Of a stretch of DNA of 64,000 nt, positions 1 to 10,043 are shown in pieces; within the stretch, counting starts at the first letter, position 1; every line of letters begins with the position of its first letter. The stretch is from positions 124,001 to 188,000 of IMG/VR virus record IMGVR_UViG_3300031963_000006. One strand, given 5' to 3'. Both the position numbers and the translations under genes were made by a program. A model generated the notes under the pieces. The model was not told the origin of the DNA, made no database searches, and saw nothing but the letters and a program-made list of their open reading frames with translations.

Positions 1-13
1 TGTTGATAGTACC

Positions 14-2236
14 ATGTACCAACAATATACCACTACGGCAACTTCTTATTACATTCGTGGAGATATTGGAGATACCACTGGAATTGGTACAGTTGCGGCA
101 GGTGCGTTTATAAGTGGGTTAAGAGTGAGTGATAATAACTGGTTTACAAGACAATTTTGGGAAAGATGGACAGGAGGATATTTCTACAACCCTGAAGTTG
201 AAGGTTCTTTTTTACTTGGATGTAAGTCAGCATATCCCGACGGTGATAATGACCCAAATGATTTTGATAGTTTTAATCAACCTACTAATACTAGAAACAG
301 AGGTTATTTTAAAGATGAAGTTGTTGAAGGTGCGGGGGTTATGTATTTAGATGCTAGTGAATATCAACCTGCGCATGTTGGAAATAATACCATATGTCTG
401 GCCGGAAATGTTACGTCAGGGTATCTTTCTTATTCTTATCGTTCATACAATTCATCAGTTCCTACGTATTCAATTAACATAAACATGAACAATTCACAAA
501 GAATTGTCATGAGGAGTGATAGGTTACCAACAAGCAGTTCTGAACAAATAAATGGTAGTTTTTCTTACGCATTACACGCCAATCAAAATTTCACATTATT
601 TGAAGTTAATGATGATGGATATGTGCAGTCTTCAGGTATTGGAAGTGGAGAAGGGGGTCCAAGTGAAGTGGATGTTAGTGGTAATCCTACTTTATCAGGT
701 GCTGGAGATACTTTTAGCTGTGATGGTATAATACCATTAGAATGTTATCAGTATGATGAAAATACTGGTATGGTAACAGTCGCTCCGGCTGGAGACGATT
801 GTTATTATAATAATGACCAACCCGGAAAACAAAAAATTGTAGTAAATGGATGTTACGTGTTGGTTACAACACCAATGTTAAGTATTCCATTGGATTCAAA
901 ATTAATTTTTGAATGGGCGGCTAGAGTTAGACTAGGATTTGCCGCTTGTAGAAATATTTTTGGTCTTATTTTTACTAATTATTGGGTTAATGGTACTTTA
1001 TTTATGTTCCCTTTCGGTAATAGAATACAATATACATCACCGCCTTCTAATTCACCATATCCTTGTATTTGTCCTGATGTTGCATTTGTAGACCATATAA
1101 CCAACAATGTTTATTATAGGTCGGCTCCGTATAGGTACAATGTACCACCACTTAGTACCGGGTTTATAGGTAAAGATAGTCCTATTAATAATGGCGAAGG
1201 TGGTCCCGGAAGTGGTACATTTAAAAACAAACCTAATTATAAGAATTTATTATTTCCGACGACAGTAATGGATTTAGGACCAAGAACATTATATACTACA
1301 GAATTAGTTTTAGACGACAGTTATTTAGGATATGTCATGGATAGATTATCAACAACCTCTTACCAAGACACCTCTGACCTTTTGAATCAATTTATAATGT
1401 CTCGATTATTATCGCAGTCTTTGATTGGTGAAATTATATCTTCTTTAGGTGGGCCAGCGACCGATATTGTGAGAAGACTGTTCTCAAGAGGTTATAATAA
1501 GGTAGACGGAGACTACGCTCAAATGGTCGCAATAAATTCACAAATAGGTGTTTTTCCATACGATACTGATGAATATTTAACACCTGAACCTACAGAGGTA
1601 CCAGCGGCACCACAAGGATATGTTTATACAAATCCAAGTAGTTCTAAGTATAATGTTTTTGGAGTTTTTTATAAACAGAATTTTGAACTAAGAGATTGGT
1701 TGTCACCACACAGACTCTTGACAACCCCTGATGGATTAACGGCCAATCCATGTGTTTTTGAGGATTACCCAATTTTTACACAAACAGTACCTTTTTATCA
1801 GTGGTATACTATAGAAAATAGAGGTAGAGACGAAACTCCTAACCCTGACAGTATTTTTGGTGACCAAAGGAATGATTGGTGGACCCCCCAAATTATTGAC
1901 GGTCCCGATACTTTTTTCACATCATATTATCAAGGGATGGATAGATTAAATTCAGGTTTCATGCAACCCGCGGACGGCTCAATTTATTCATTCCACGGAG
2001 GGTTTTTATATAATGTAACTGCGGGACAAATTGACGCAAACCCACCAACGGGGGCGGGACTACCAATTTACCAAGTTGAATTTAAAGTTGATTTTAAACC
2101 AACTAATGAGGTATATACTGGTAGAATTATGACACCATCTGGACCTTATTATTTTTATTTTGGATTAAATAGAGGTAAAAGTGCTTTTGATAGGTTTTTA
2201 ACTAAATGGATAAGAAGTGATGTATTTGAAATTTAA
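14..2236 (+). CDS. Large virion structural protein, C-terminal part (ORF is open to the window edge, so probably 5'-truncated)
   Basis: Frame open from position 2; Cys/Gly/Tyr-rich; ends PYYFYFGLNRGKSAFDRF; first of a translationally coupled (TAATG) structural run. Confidence 0.55.
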   Translation: MYQQYTTTATSYYIRGDIGDTTGIGTVAAGAFISGLRVSDNNWFTRQFWERWTGGYFYNPEVEGSFLLGCKSAYPDGDNDPNDFDSFNQPTNTRNRGYFKDEVVEGAGVMYLDASEYQPAHVGNNTICLAGNVTSGYLSYSYRSYNSSVPTYSININMNNSQRIVMRSDRLPTSSSEQINGSFSYALHANQNFTLFEVNDDGYVQSSGIGSGEGGPSEVDVSGNPTLSGAGDTFSCDGIIPLECYQYDENTGMVTVAPAGDDCYYNNDQPGKQKIVVNGCYVLVTTPMLSIPLDSKLIFEWAARVRLGFAACRNIFGLIFTNYWVNGTLFMFPFGNRIQYTSPPSNSPYPCICPDVAFVDHITNNVYYRSAPYRYNVPPLSTGFIGKDSPINNGEGGPGSGTFKNKPNYKNLLFPTTVMDLGPRTLYTTELVLDDSYLGYVMDRLSTTSYQDTSDLLNQFIMSRLLSQSLIGEIISSLGGPATDIVRRLFSRGYNKVDGDYAQMVAINSQIGVFPYDTDEYLTPEPTEVPAAPQGYVYTNPSSSKYNVFGVFYKQNFELRDWLSPHRLLTTPDGLTANPCVFEDYPIFTQTVPFYQWYTIENRGRDETPNPDSIFGDQRNDWWTPQIIDGPDTFFTSYYQGMDRLNSGFMQPADGSIYSFHGGFLYNVTAGQIDANPPTGAGLPIYQVEFKVDFKPTNEVYTGRIMTPSGPYYFYFGLNRGKSAFDRFLTKWIRSDVFEI

Positions 2237-4029
2237 TGGGAAATAATAACGAAATAAGAATAATTTTAGGTTCACTAAGATACAAATCAGCGTCTAATGT
2301 TGATATGGCAATTAAAGTGCCATTTATTCAGACATCAAAATTAATTACGGAATACGATAAAAATATTGATTTAGATTTACAACAATTATTTGATGACGAA
2401 AGACAGAAATCTACAAAATTTAGACCGAGCTCAAAATTTTTATTTGTTTTCAAAAACTCATATACTGGTACTTCAACATATGAACCATTTAGAAATAACT
2501 TATATTATGTAAATGCCGAAAATGACGCAGCAATAGAGTGTACTATTGGTAACGCGGAATGGGCGGGATTTCCGCAGTACACTGAATTTGATTTCATAAG
2601 GACAGATTACGGAGCAACAGGATATACTCAACCAGACTCATCAAGTCCCCCAAATTACCACTTAAAATTTGAACCTCAAAGTGCTAGTTCTTACAATTGG
2701 AGTTTTTATATGAGTTATGCATTTGAGAATGATTATAATAAACCTTTAAGTGCGGTTTTATTAGATAGAGGAATAAAATACACTTTAAATTGGACCGCTC
2801 AAGATGGGATACCTTTTGTTGTTAGACTTTCAGATGATGGAGGTAAAGATATTGTATCTTTTGTTTCTCCTTTAAAACATGGTATTAGGGTCGGAGAGTT
2901 TGTAAAATTAGATTTTAGTTATGGAACTAGTACTGGACCCACCGATACGTTCCAAGTTTATTCTTTAGGTGACGGAACATTCGAAAGTGATTTATATATT
3001 TTTAATCTTTTGAATCCTGGTTTTTTAGGAACTACTTTTATTGATGGTACTATCGGGACGGCAAAAAGAGTTGTTATCGATACAAATTTAACTGAAACAA
3101 CCTCTAAATATTATGTGAGAAGAAACAAAATTTTGACTAACCCCCAAAATGCTATTATGTCTAAAGCGGCCTTCGAACAAAACATATTTAAGGATAATAG
3201 AAAATTAGAAAGGTCGTCCCTTACTCCAAATGCTATACGAAGGTTTTCAATAAAAGAAGGTTCTCAATCATACACACTTAGTTTTAATGAGGATTTGGAT
3301 TTATTGAATTTAATAGACAATCAAAAAAGACCCGTTACCGAATTATTTTACACAGTTATTTGGAGAGGTTATTTTGGATGGATGAATGATTTGAAACTAG
3401 GTTATGAGTTTAATCTACCCTTAGACCCTATTACAAAATTACCAACAAGTTGGTGGTCCTCACCAAATTCTGACTCAAATTTGAGTAGTAGTCAATATTT
3501 TAATTTGGCGCCATATGGAACAAATCCAGTCGGTATACCCTATCAATTTTTTTATGTAAATGTATTACAATCTGGAGATACTATTGACGGAGATTTATGT
3601 GAATGGAATGACTACGAACAAAGTGAAAGAGTTATCTCTGACATATATCATAAATTAACATTTAATCAAAATAATTTTTCAGTTTCAGTTTTTGTTGACG
3701 ACGAAAATTATTATTACCCTGGGTATTATTATAGACCACTTCATCCAATCACAATACGAGCTTTTTCAGACTATATTGAAGAAAGTGAGTCAACTAATGT
3801 GGAGGGAATTCCTAACTGGGCATATTTTTCCGAAAATAGAAATTTATTCATTTGGAGAGACATATATACATATGGTTATATAGATTCAGATGGAATTGGA
3901 GTAGACCAACCATTTTTAAATGGAAAACACCACCCATTTAAAAATATAATTTTTAGATTGATACCTGAAGGTACTAACTATTTACTATTAAATAACGTAG
4001 CTGACCCAATAACTGACCCCTGTGAATAA
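2236..4029 (+). CDS. Putative tail/baseplate structural protein
   Basis: 597 aa, coupled to neighbours, aromatic/beta-rich composition; function from context only. Confidence 0.5.
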   Translation: MGNNNEIRIILGSLRYKSASNVDMAIKVPFIQTSKLITEYDKNIDLDLQQLFDDERQKSTKFRPSSKFLFVFKNSYTGTSTYEPFRNNLYYVNAENDAAIECTIGNAEWAGFPQYTEFDFIRTDYGATGYTQPDSSSPPNYHLKFEPQSASSYNWSFYMSYAFENDYNKPLSAVLLDRGIKYTLNWTAQDGIPFVVRLSDDGGKDIVSFVSPLKHGIRVGEFVKLDFSYGTSTGPTDTFQVYSLGDGTFESDLYIFNLLNPGFLGTTFIDGTIGTAKRVVIDTNLTETTSKYYVRRNKILTNPQNAIMSKAAFEQNIFKDNRKLERSSLTPNAIRRFSIKEGSQSYTLSFNEDLDLLNLIDNQKRPVTELFYTVIWRGYFGWMNDLKLGYEFNLPLDPITKLPTSWWSSPNSDSNLSSSQYFNLAPYGTNPVGIPYQFFYVNVLQSGDTIDGDLCEWNDYEQSERVISDIYHKLTFNQNNFSVSVFVDDENYYYPGYYYRPLHPITIRAFSDYIEESESTNVEGIPNWAYFSENRNLFIWRDIYTYGYIDSDGIGVDQPFLNGKHHPFKNIIFRLIPEGTNYLLLNNVADPITDPCE

Positions 4030-4837
4030 TAGTTATAGATTCATATTATCCGATAATAACCAATCAATTGATATACCAATTGAAATTAAATGGGATTTTA
4101 ATGGTCATACCGATAGTATTGAAATTTACGAAGATGAGGTTATTGAAGAAATCATCGGACTACCTAAAGATTATGAAATATCAAGATTTGCTCACGATTA
4201 TTATGGTACTGAGAATCAAAGCTCAATAGAGTATCAATTCTATTTTTTTAATGGAACTTCGGTTGACATACCAACCTCGGTGGACACCGATTGGGTAATG
4301 AGTTATCAACAGGCAGGATTCTCAATCGAAGAATTATATTATCAAACTAGACCTGTGGTAAAATCATTTTTTAAGGTTGATTTTTATGACAGTACGGATA
4401 ACTTAACACAAAAAAATTATTTTACTATCATTTTACCTACAAATTCTGTAAAAAGGGAAACAGTTATTTTAAATTCTATTTTAGGAACAACCGCTGACGT
4501 AATCACTCCAAATTTTGTGTTAGATTATGTTTTCGATAAGGAAGGATTTTTTATCTATTGGTTAAGAGATAAAAATATTCTAAACTTGACTGAGTTTTAT
4601 ATGAGTATAAAATTTTTTGATGCTAAAAATGGAGTATTTGTCAGAATGATGACAATACCTCAATCTCAATTAACAGGAATGAAGTTTTTGTTTGACCAAG
4701 AGTTGTATTTTTATAGAAAGGTTGTATTAGATTATACAAATTTTACTTATAAACTTTACGATTTAATAAGTAATTCCAGAATTGCTAATGGAACTCCATT
4801 CATGTGGTATGAATATGTAAATCCCCCAAAAGTATAA
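4022..4837 (+). CDS. Putative structural protein
   Basis: 271 aa in coupled operon; start may be the ATG-less GTG at 4022. Confidence 0.45.
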   Translation: MNNSYRFILSDNNQSIDIPIEIKWDFNGHTDSIEIYEDEVIEEIIGLPKDYEISRFAHDYYGTENQSSIEYQFYFFNGTSVDIPTSVDTDWVMSYQQAGFSIEELYYQTRPVVKSFFKVDFYDSTDNLTQKNYFTIILPTNSVKRETVILNSILGTTADVITPNFVLDYVFDKEGFFIYWLRDKNILNLTEFYMSIKFFDAKNGVFVRMMTIPQSQLTGMKFLFDQELYFYRKVVLDYTNFTYKLYDLISNSRIANGTPFMWYEYVNPPKV

Positions 4838-6012
4838 TGCAAGATAGAACTTATTACATAAGAATTTCTCCTGAAGTTATTACTAATGATATTTTTGGGA
4901 TACCATATGTTGAGGATGGATATTCTAATATTATACCATTTGACCCTTGTTGTAATATAAATATTGAAACTACCGGTGTCACTACTGGAACTGCATTTGT
5001 TTATTCATCTATGACCGAAATTTTGTCAGGAGGGACAAACGGAGATTCATTATTGACTGATTTAACTATACCTATTTTTTTAAGTGAAAATACCGTTGAT
5101 GTCGGATACTATTCTGTTTTTGATGGTGCTATAACTCAAAAAGATACAATGTTAAATTTTTTATTTACAGGTGATACATCTACCCCTAACACTGTATATT
5201 TTTTTAATACTTCAGATAAAGAATTTAAAAAATACTTAGAATTTTCTAATTATTATGTTGATTGGGGTGACGGAAGTTCTATACTGACTGTGACAACGGT
5301 ATCACCCAATTATTATACGCATAATTACTCTTCAAATGGTACTTACACAATATCTATGTCAGGTTTGAGTCCATGGGGTTATAATGTTATAAAAAAAGAT
5401 ATTACAATACCTATTACTGATATTATTATTAGTGACCCATATGGTACCGCTTATTTTATTCCTGCAGCAGGTAGTTGGTCAGCGACACCAATTCAGTATA
5501 ATTATATTTTTTCAGGAGATGCGATTTGTGAAACAACTGTACCTTGTTGTGAGTTCACATCAATTCCTTTTGTTGTTACAGGATATACTCAATCAACTTT
5601 GAATGATTTAACACAATACGGACCAAAAGGTAACCCTAGTAGATTAGCGGGTAAGTTTAAACCAGATGTTTTTGTTACTGGTTCGTCAGGTGCTCAAGGG
5701 ATAGTTTATTCCCCAACTCCGAATTCATTATTTACGGCATATACGGTAAATGACATTGACTATTATGATTATGCTGACGGTACTACAATATTCGTAGTTC
5801 AATCATCAGGGTGTTCCGATTTGGTTTGTTCTGCCATAACTAAGAATGAAGTTTTATTAAATGTTGTATTTGAACCTGAGGTACAGAGTAACATTTTTAT
5901 TGAAAGAGGTAAAAATTCTGCATTAGAAAGAATCCAAAGATTGGGTGAGATTGACAATATGGGTGACTTAGTTAATTATGGGTATGGATTCTTTAATATC
6001 GTAGAAATATAA
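4837..6012 (+). CDS. Putative structural protein with PKD/Ig-like domain
   Basis: YVDWGDG...THNYSSNGTYTISM is a PKD-type motif. Confidence 0.55.
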   Translation: MQDRTYYIRISPEVITNDIFGIPYVEDGYSNIIPFDPCCNINIETTGVTTGTAFVYSSMTEILSGGTNGDSLLTDLTIPIFLSENTVDVGYYSVFDGAITQKDTMLNFLFTGDTSTPNTVYFFNTSDKEFKKYLEFSNYYVDWGDGSSILTVTTVSPNYYTHNYSSNGTYTISMSGLSPWGYNVIKKDITIPITDIIISDPYGTAYFIPAAGSWSATPIQYNYIFSGDAICETTVPCCEFTSIPFVVTGYTQSTLNDLTQYGPKGNPSRLAGKFKPDVFVTGSSGAQGIVYSPTPNSLFTAYTVNDIDYYDYADGTTIFVVQSSGCSDLVCSAITKNEVLLNVVFEPEVQSNIFIERGKNSALERIQRLGEIDNMGDLVNYGYGFFNIVEI

Positions 6013-6026
6013 AACACAAAAAAAGG

Positions 6027-6034
6027 TATTTATA
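6027..6034 (+). promoter_or_regulatory. Putative phage late promoter TATTTATA
   Basis: Intergenic TATTTATA 26 nt before ATG 6061; same motif recurs before many genes. Confidence 0.55.
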
Positions 6035-6060
6035 ATAAAGTTTAATAATTTTCTAATAAA

Positions 6061-6969
6061 ATGGCTACAGGTACTTATGGAACTATACGACCCGCGGATG
6101 TCTCACCAGAAGACGTTGAAATAATTTTGAATTATACACCGTCAAGAGATGAAACGAGTAACTTTCTTTTAACTAAATTAGATGCTCCGTCCATACTGAG
6201 ACCGTATTTTAATAATGCGAATACTGGTGGAAATCCTGATGTCGAAATTTTGGGTGGTTTATATAATTTAAAACTACCGGCAGATGTGTTTAATCGTATT
6301 GGGATTTATACTTTAATGGTTAGACCTGCTCAAATAAGAACAACAATTTTAGATTGCGGTGTGTTATCCGCTTTACCAAACGTAAGAGGACTTGTTATTG
6401 ATTTGAATTCGGTCCCATCACAATATAGGAACAAATTTATAAATCAGGGTCTTGTTGGATTTAGAGTTGAATATTTAAATTCAGATGGAACTAAAATACC
6501 TAATTTTTTTAGAATTATAACTTCTTCATTCTTTTGTGAACCAGTTGTTCAAAATCTAACTAATACATCGGCAAAGGCGATTAGATATCGATATACCGAT
6601 AATAACACAAATATAATTTTTTGTACATTATCACCTTCTTCATCACCATCTAACAAACCAAACGCGATACCTTACATAGGACAACCAAATCAAGATATAA
6701 TAATCACAAATACATTTTTTAACCCAATAACCCTTGATATTGAGATTGCCGAACATGATTTCTCAACTATAGCAATTGCACTATTTGGAAATCAAACCAA
6801 GTCAATTGATGACGGAATTTATACAATGTACGACACTCAAAATAACATTTACAGACAATATAATTTATACGAAGTTAGAGACCAATTTAATAATTTATTA
6901 TATGAAGTTAGACAAGATAGAGGTAACAATATCGACTTCAGTAAGAACTTTACAAATATAATTTCTTAA
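6061..6969 (+). CDS. Putative baseplate/structural protein
   Basis: 302 aa, follows late-type motif, coupled to the wedge-like gene. Confidence 0.5.
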   Translation: MATGTYGTIRPADVSPEDVEIILNYTPSRDETSNFLLTKLDAPSILRPYFNNANTGGNPDVEILGGLYNLKLPADVFNRIGIYTLMVRPAQIRTTILDCGVLSALPNVRGLVIDLNSVPSQYRNKFINQGLVGFRVEYLNSDGTKIPNFFRIITSSFFCEPVVQNLTNTSAKAIRYRYTDNNTNIIFCTLSPSSSPSNKPNAIPYIGQPNQDIIITNTFFNPITLDIEIAEHDFSTIAIALFGNQTKSIDDGIYTMYDTQNNIYRQYNLYEVRDQFNNLLYEVRQDRGNNIDFSKNFTNIIS

Positions 6970-9900
6970 TGGCGATAAAAAAATTTATCTGTCCGCCGAC
7001 ACCGGCATCGGGCAGTGGGACATTCTCAGATGATTTAGTTGGATTTCAATTAGTCCAAGGAGGAGGTCTTACGCAAGGTAACTTTCAATTTACAAATGCT
7101 GTTACAGAAAAAGTAGATAGAACATTTTACACAGGTGTTTTTTCAGACCCAATCAATTTAGAAAATTTGGGTATCGTAACCGTAGAACAGTCCAAATTAA
7201 TTTTTGAGAATAATTTTAAAGTATATCCAAATTTTGATTTAACTCAGATAAATAATTTTGTTCAATACGGGTCAATGTCGAAAAGAATTTCTACATCCGT
7301 TACAAAAATTATTAGTTATTTCCCTGCAGCAATTGAATCCCACAAAATGGGTTTAAATTATAAAACAGGGGCGACGGCTACAAATATTGTGTATGATATA
7401 GTTCAGGAAATAACAACATTTAATTTAGATATAGCAAGATTAAGAAATCCATTTGATGTTGATTTTACAGTAAATTCGACAAGAAACCTTTCACTCAAAG
7501 ATATTGAAGTTTCTAGTTTAAGAAATTTAACAGTGGAATTTTCCAAATTTTCATTATATTACGAAGGAGAAGGTTATGAACTATCAAGTATTGTACCTAC
7601 CAACTCTTTAACTAGCGGTATTTTAACTGTAACCGTTAAAGGAAATCCATTCTCAGGAGAAAGTGTTGTTTATAATACTTTGGTTATTAGACCAAATGAT
7701 TATGAAGTTAATAAAGTTTACAATGAGGATTTTGATGAGGTTGAGAATTTCTTATTAAATAGAAATCAAACTCCAAAATATACTTGTTCGTTTAGAAGTC
7801 CAAAAGAGGCGGATGACGGAACTTTCTTCATAACAAATGTAACTGCAACATGGCCCTCAAACGGAGTATGGAATTTAGATATCTATACTGCGAATTTTGA
7901 TAACTATTTGGTTCAATTAGATGAAATAAGTCAAAATTTTGACTCATTTAAATCAAACTTAATATCCCGTTTTTTAACCACAGGTGCCTTCAAAGACTTT
8001 GATACGATAGGTCAAAAAATGGAAAAGGTTTTACAAATTTATGGACGTAGTTTTGATGAAACAAATATGTTCATAAATGCGTTGGCCTTTATGAATTCTG
8101 TAAATTATACAGTTAAGAATGATATACCATCACAACTTTTAAAAAATTTAGCTCAAACTTTAGGTTGGGCAACGAATATATCTCCGATAACAAATGAGGA
8201 CTTTTTATCATCTGTTTTTGGACAAAAAAATAGTGGTCCGTCTGACTTCACGGGAGTTGCGGTAAAATCAACTCCAGATGAATTAAATTATCAATATTAT
8301 AGAAACTTAGTATTAAATTCTGCTTATTTATTTAAATCAAAAGGAACTAGAAAGTCAATTGAGAATTTATTAAGATTAATTGGGGCACCTGATGCTTTGG
8401 TTGAATTTAATGAATATGTGTATGTAGCGGACCAAAAAATAAATATGTCCCAATTTAACACACAATACCTACAAATATCAGGGGGGACATATATTAATGA
8501 AACTGCGGTTTTAGACCCAACAAATGTCTTTTCTATTTTTGGAACAACTTATACGGGTTACACAACATCATTAGTCATTAAGGATGTTAATGTGTTAAGA
8601 GAAGAGTATCCAATGGATGATGAAGGGTATCCAACAACTCCCGAGGACAATGAAAATTTCTATTTTCAAATAGGTTCGGGTTGGTTTGAATCAACACCAC
8701 AACATAGGTCACCTGAGCAAGTTGATTTAACAAATAGTGTTTTTACGGGACAGAATCCAAATTATCAAACATCATTAACTCCATTCACATATGGTCAAAT
8801 TTATTTGAATCGATTCAGAAATTTCCCATTTATGAACTTGGGGTACGAATTAACATCGATTGTTGATAATAATAAAAGTTGGACTAATGATGAAGTTGGA
8901 CAAAGAGTAAACATTGATGGGTCTTTTAACGCTCGATATGTTGTTGAGGATGACAGACTTGTTTTGAATGTGAAAAACATTGATGTATTTTTAAATCCAG
9001 GACAGGCCTTGTTATATGATGTTTGGTATATGTCAAGACAATACAATTATCCTATACCGAATCAAGGATTATTTTATCAAAGACCAACAAGGTGTAATCC
9101 AAATCCAAACATCGAATACCCATATAGAGGTGGAGTCGATTGGACAGAGATAAATCCTCAACCAAAAAGAAAATCGTTTTTTGAATTTGCTCAAACATTT
9201 TGGCACAACACTATAAATGTTAGAAATAGACAATTCCAAACCGACGGTAAAACTGGAGGTTATCCAACTTTACAGTCAATATTTTGGAAATATTTAAATT
9301 CAAATAAAACAACTGACACGTCTAGATATAACGGAGAACCATGTTCTCAAGTTTATTCTGATATTGACAATGGTATTGGGGTTACTAATAACAATTTCAA
9401 TTATCAAAACATGATTGAATATGTTAATGGTTTGGGTGACTATTGGATAAGACTAGTTGAACAAATGGTTCCCGCAACCACCATTTGGAATACTGGTGTT
9501 AAGTATGAAAATTCAATATTTCACAGACAAAAATTTGTTTGGAGAAGACAGGCGGGATGTAATTTGGTTCCTGCTAGATGTAACCCATGCTCAACAACTG
9601 CGTCAATATTTCCATACGATTGCGCTTCGTTTTCAACATCATGTCCAATTTATCCTTGGCAGGGTCAAATCCAAAATTTTAATGGTGTTTTAGGTAATGT
9701 TTTAACAAGTTATTTATCCTCTAATGGTTTGTTTTTAACTGATTGTCAACTTAACACTTTAATTACTACTTGGACAATTGAAATACTGATAGACAACCAA
9801 ATGCAATTTTATCAAGAATTTTTTACTGGTTATGGATATTCTTCTGTTGGTAGTACTCCTTCTGAGCAAGGATGGTTAAATATTTTAATAGATGGTTTAG

Positions 9901-10043
9901 ATAGTTTAGAAAATTTAGGATATAGTTATTATTTAACAAATAACGAGGAAGTGGTAGTATATAACTCTAATTGCTCGTTTAATGGACCTTTATCTAATAT
10001 AAAAATAAACGTTGGAATAAATTTTAATATAGTTTGTAGTTAA
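6969..10043 (+). CDS. Baseplate wedge-like protein
   Basis: LLKNLAQTLGW...AYLFKSKGTRKSIENLLRLIG resembles the KGT motif of P2 gpI / T4 gp7-type wedge proteins; C-terminal LVEQMVPATT. Confidence 0.6.
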   Translation: MAIKKFICPPTPASGSGTFSDDLVGFQLVQGGGLTQGNFQFTNAVTEKVDRTFYTGVFSDPINLENLGIVTVEQSKLIFENNFKVYPNFDLTQINNFVQYGSMSKRISTSVTKIISYFPAAIESHKMGLNYKTGATATNIVYDIVQEITTFNLDIARLRNPFDVDFTVNSTRNLSLKDIEVSSLRNLTVEFSKFSLYYEGEGYELSSIVPTNSLTSGILTVTVKGNPFSGESVVYNTLVIRPNDYEVNKVYNEDFDEVENFLLNRNQTPKYTCSFRSPKEADDGTFFITNVTATWPSNGVWNLDIYTANFDNYLVQLDEISQNFDSFKSNLISRFLTTGAFKDFDTIGQKMEKVLQIYGRSFDETNMFINALAFMNSVNYTVKNDIPSQLLKNLAQTLGWATNISPITNEDFLSSVFGQKNSGPSDFTGVAVKSTPDELNYQYYRNLVLNSAYLFKSKGTRKSIENLLRLIGAPDALVEFNEYVYVADQKINMSQFNTQYLQISGGTYINETAVLDPTNVFSIFGTTYTGYTTSLVIKDVNVLREEYPMDDEGYPTTPEDNENFYFQIGSGWFESTPQHRSPEQVDLTNSVFTGQNPNYQTSLTPFTYGQIYLNRFRNFPFMNLGYELTSIVDNNKSWTNDEVGQRVNIDGSFNARYVVEDDRLVLNVKNIDVFLNPGQALLYDVWYMSRQYNYPIPNQGLFYQRPTRCNPNPNIEYPYRGGVDWTEINPQPKRKSFFEFAQTFWHNTINVRNRQFQTDGKTGGYPTLQSIFWKYLNSNKTTDTSRYNGEPCSQVYSDIDNGIGVTNNNFNYQNMIEYVNGLGDYWIRLVEQMVPATTIWNTGVKYENSIFHRQKFVWRRQAGCNLVPARCNPCSTTASIFPYDCASFSTSCPIYPWQGQIQNFNGVLGNVLTSYLSSNGLFLTDCQLNTLITTWTIEILIDNQMQFYQEFFTGYGYSSVGSTPSEQGWLNILIDGLDSLENLGYSYYLTNNEEVVVYNSNCSFNGPLSNIKINVGINFNIVCS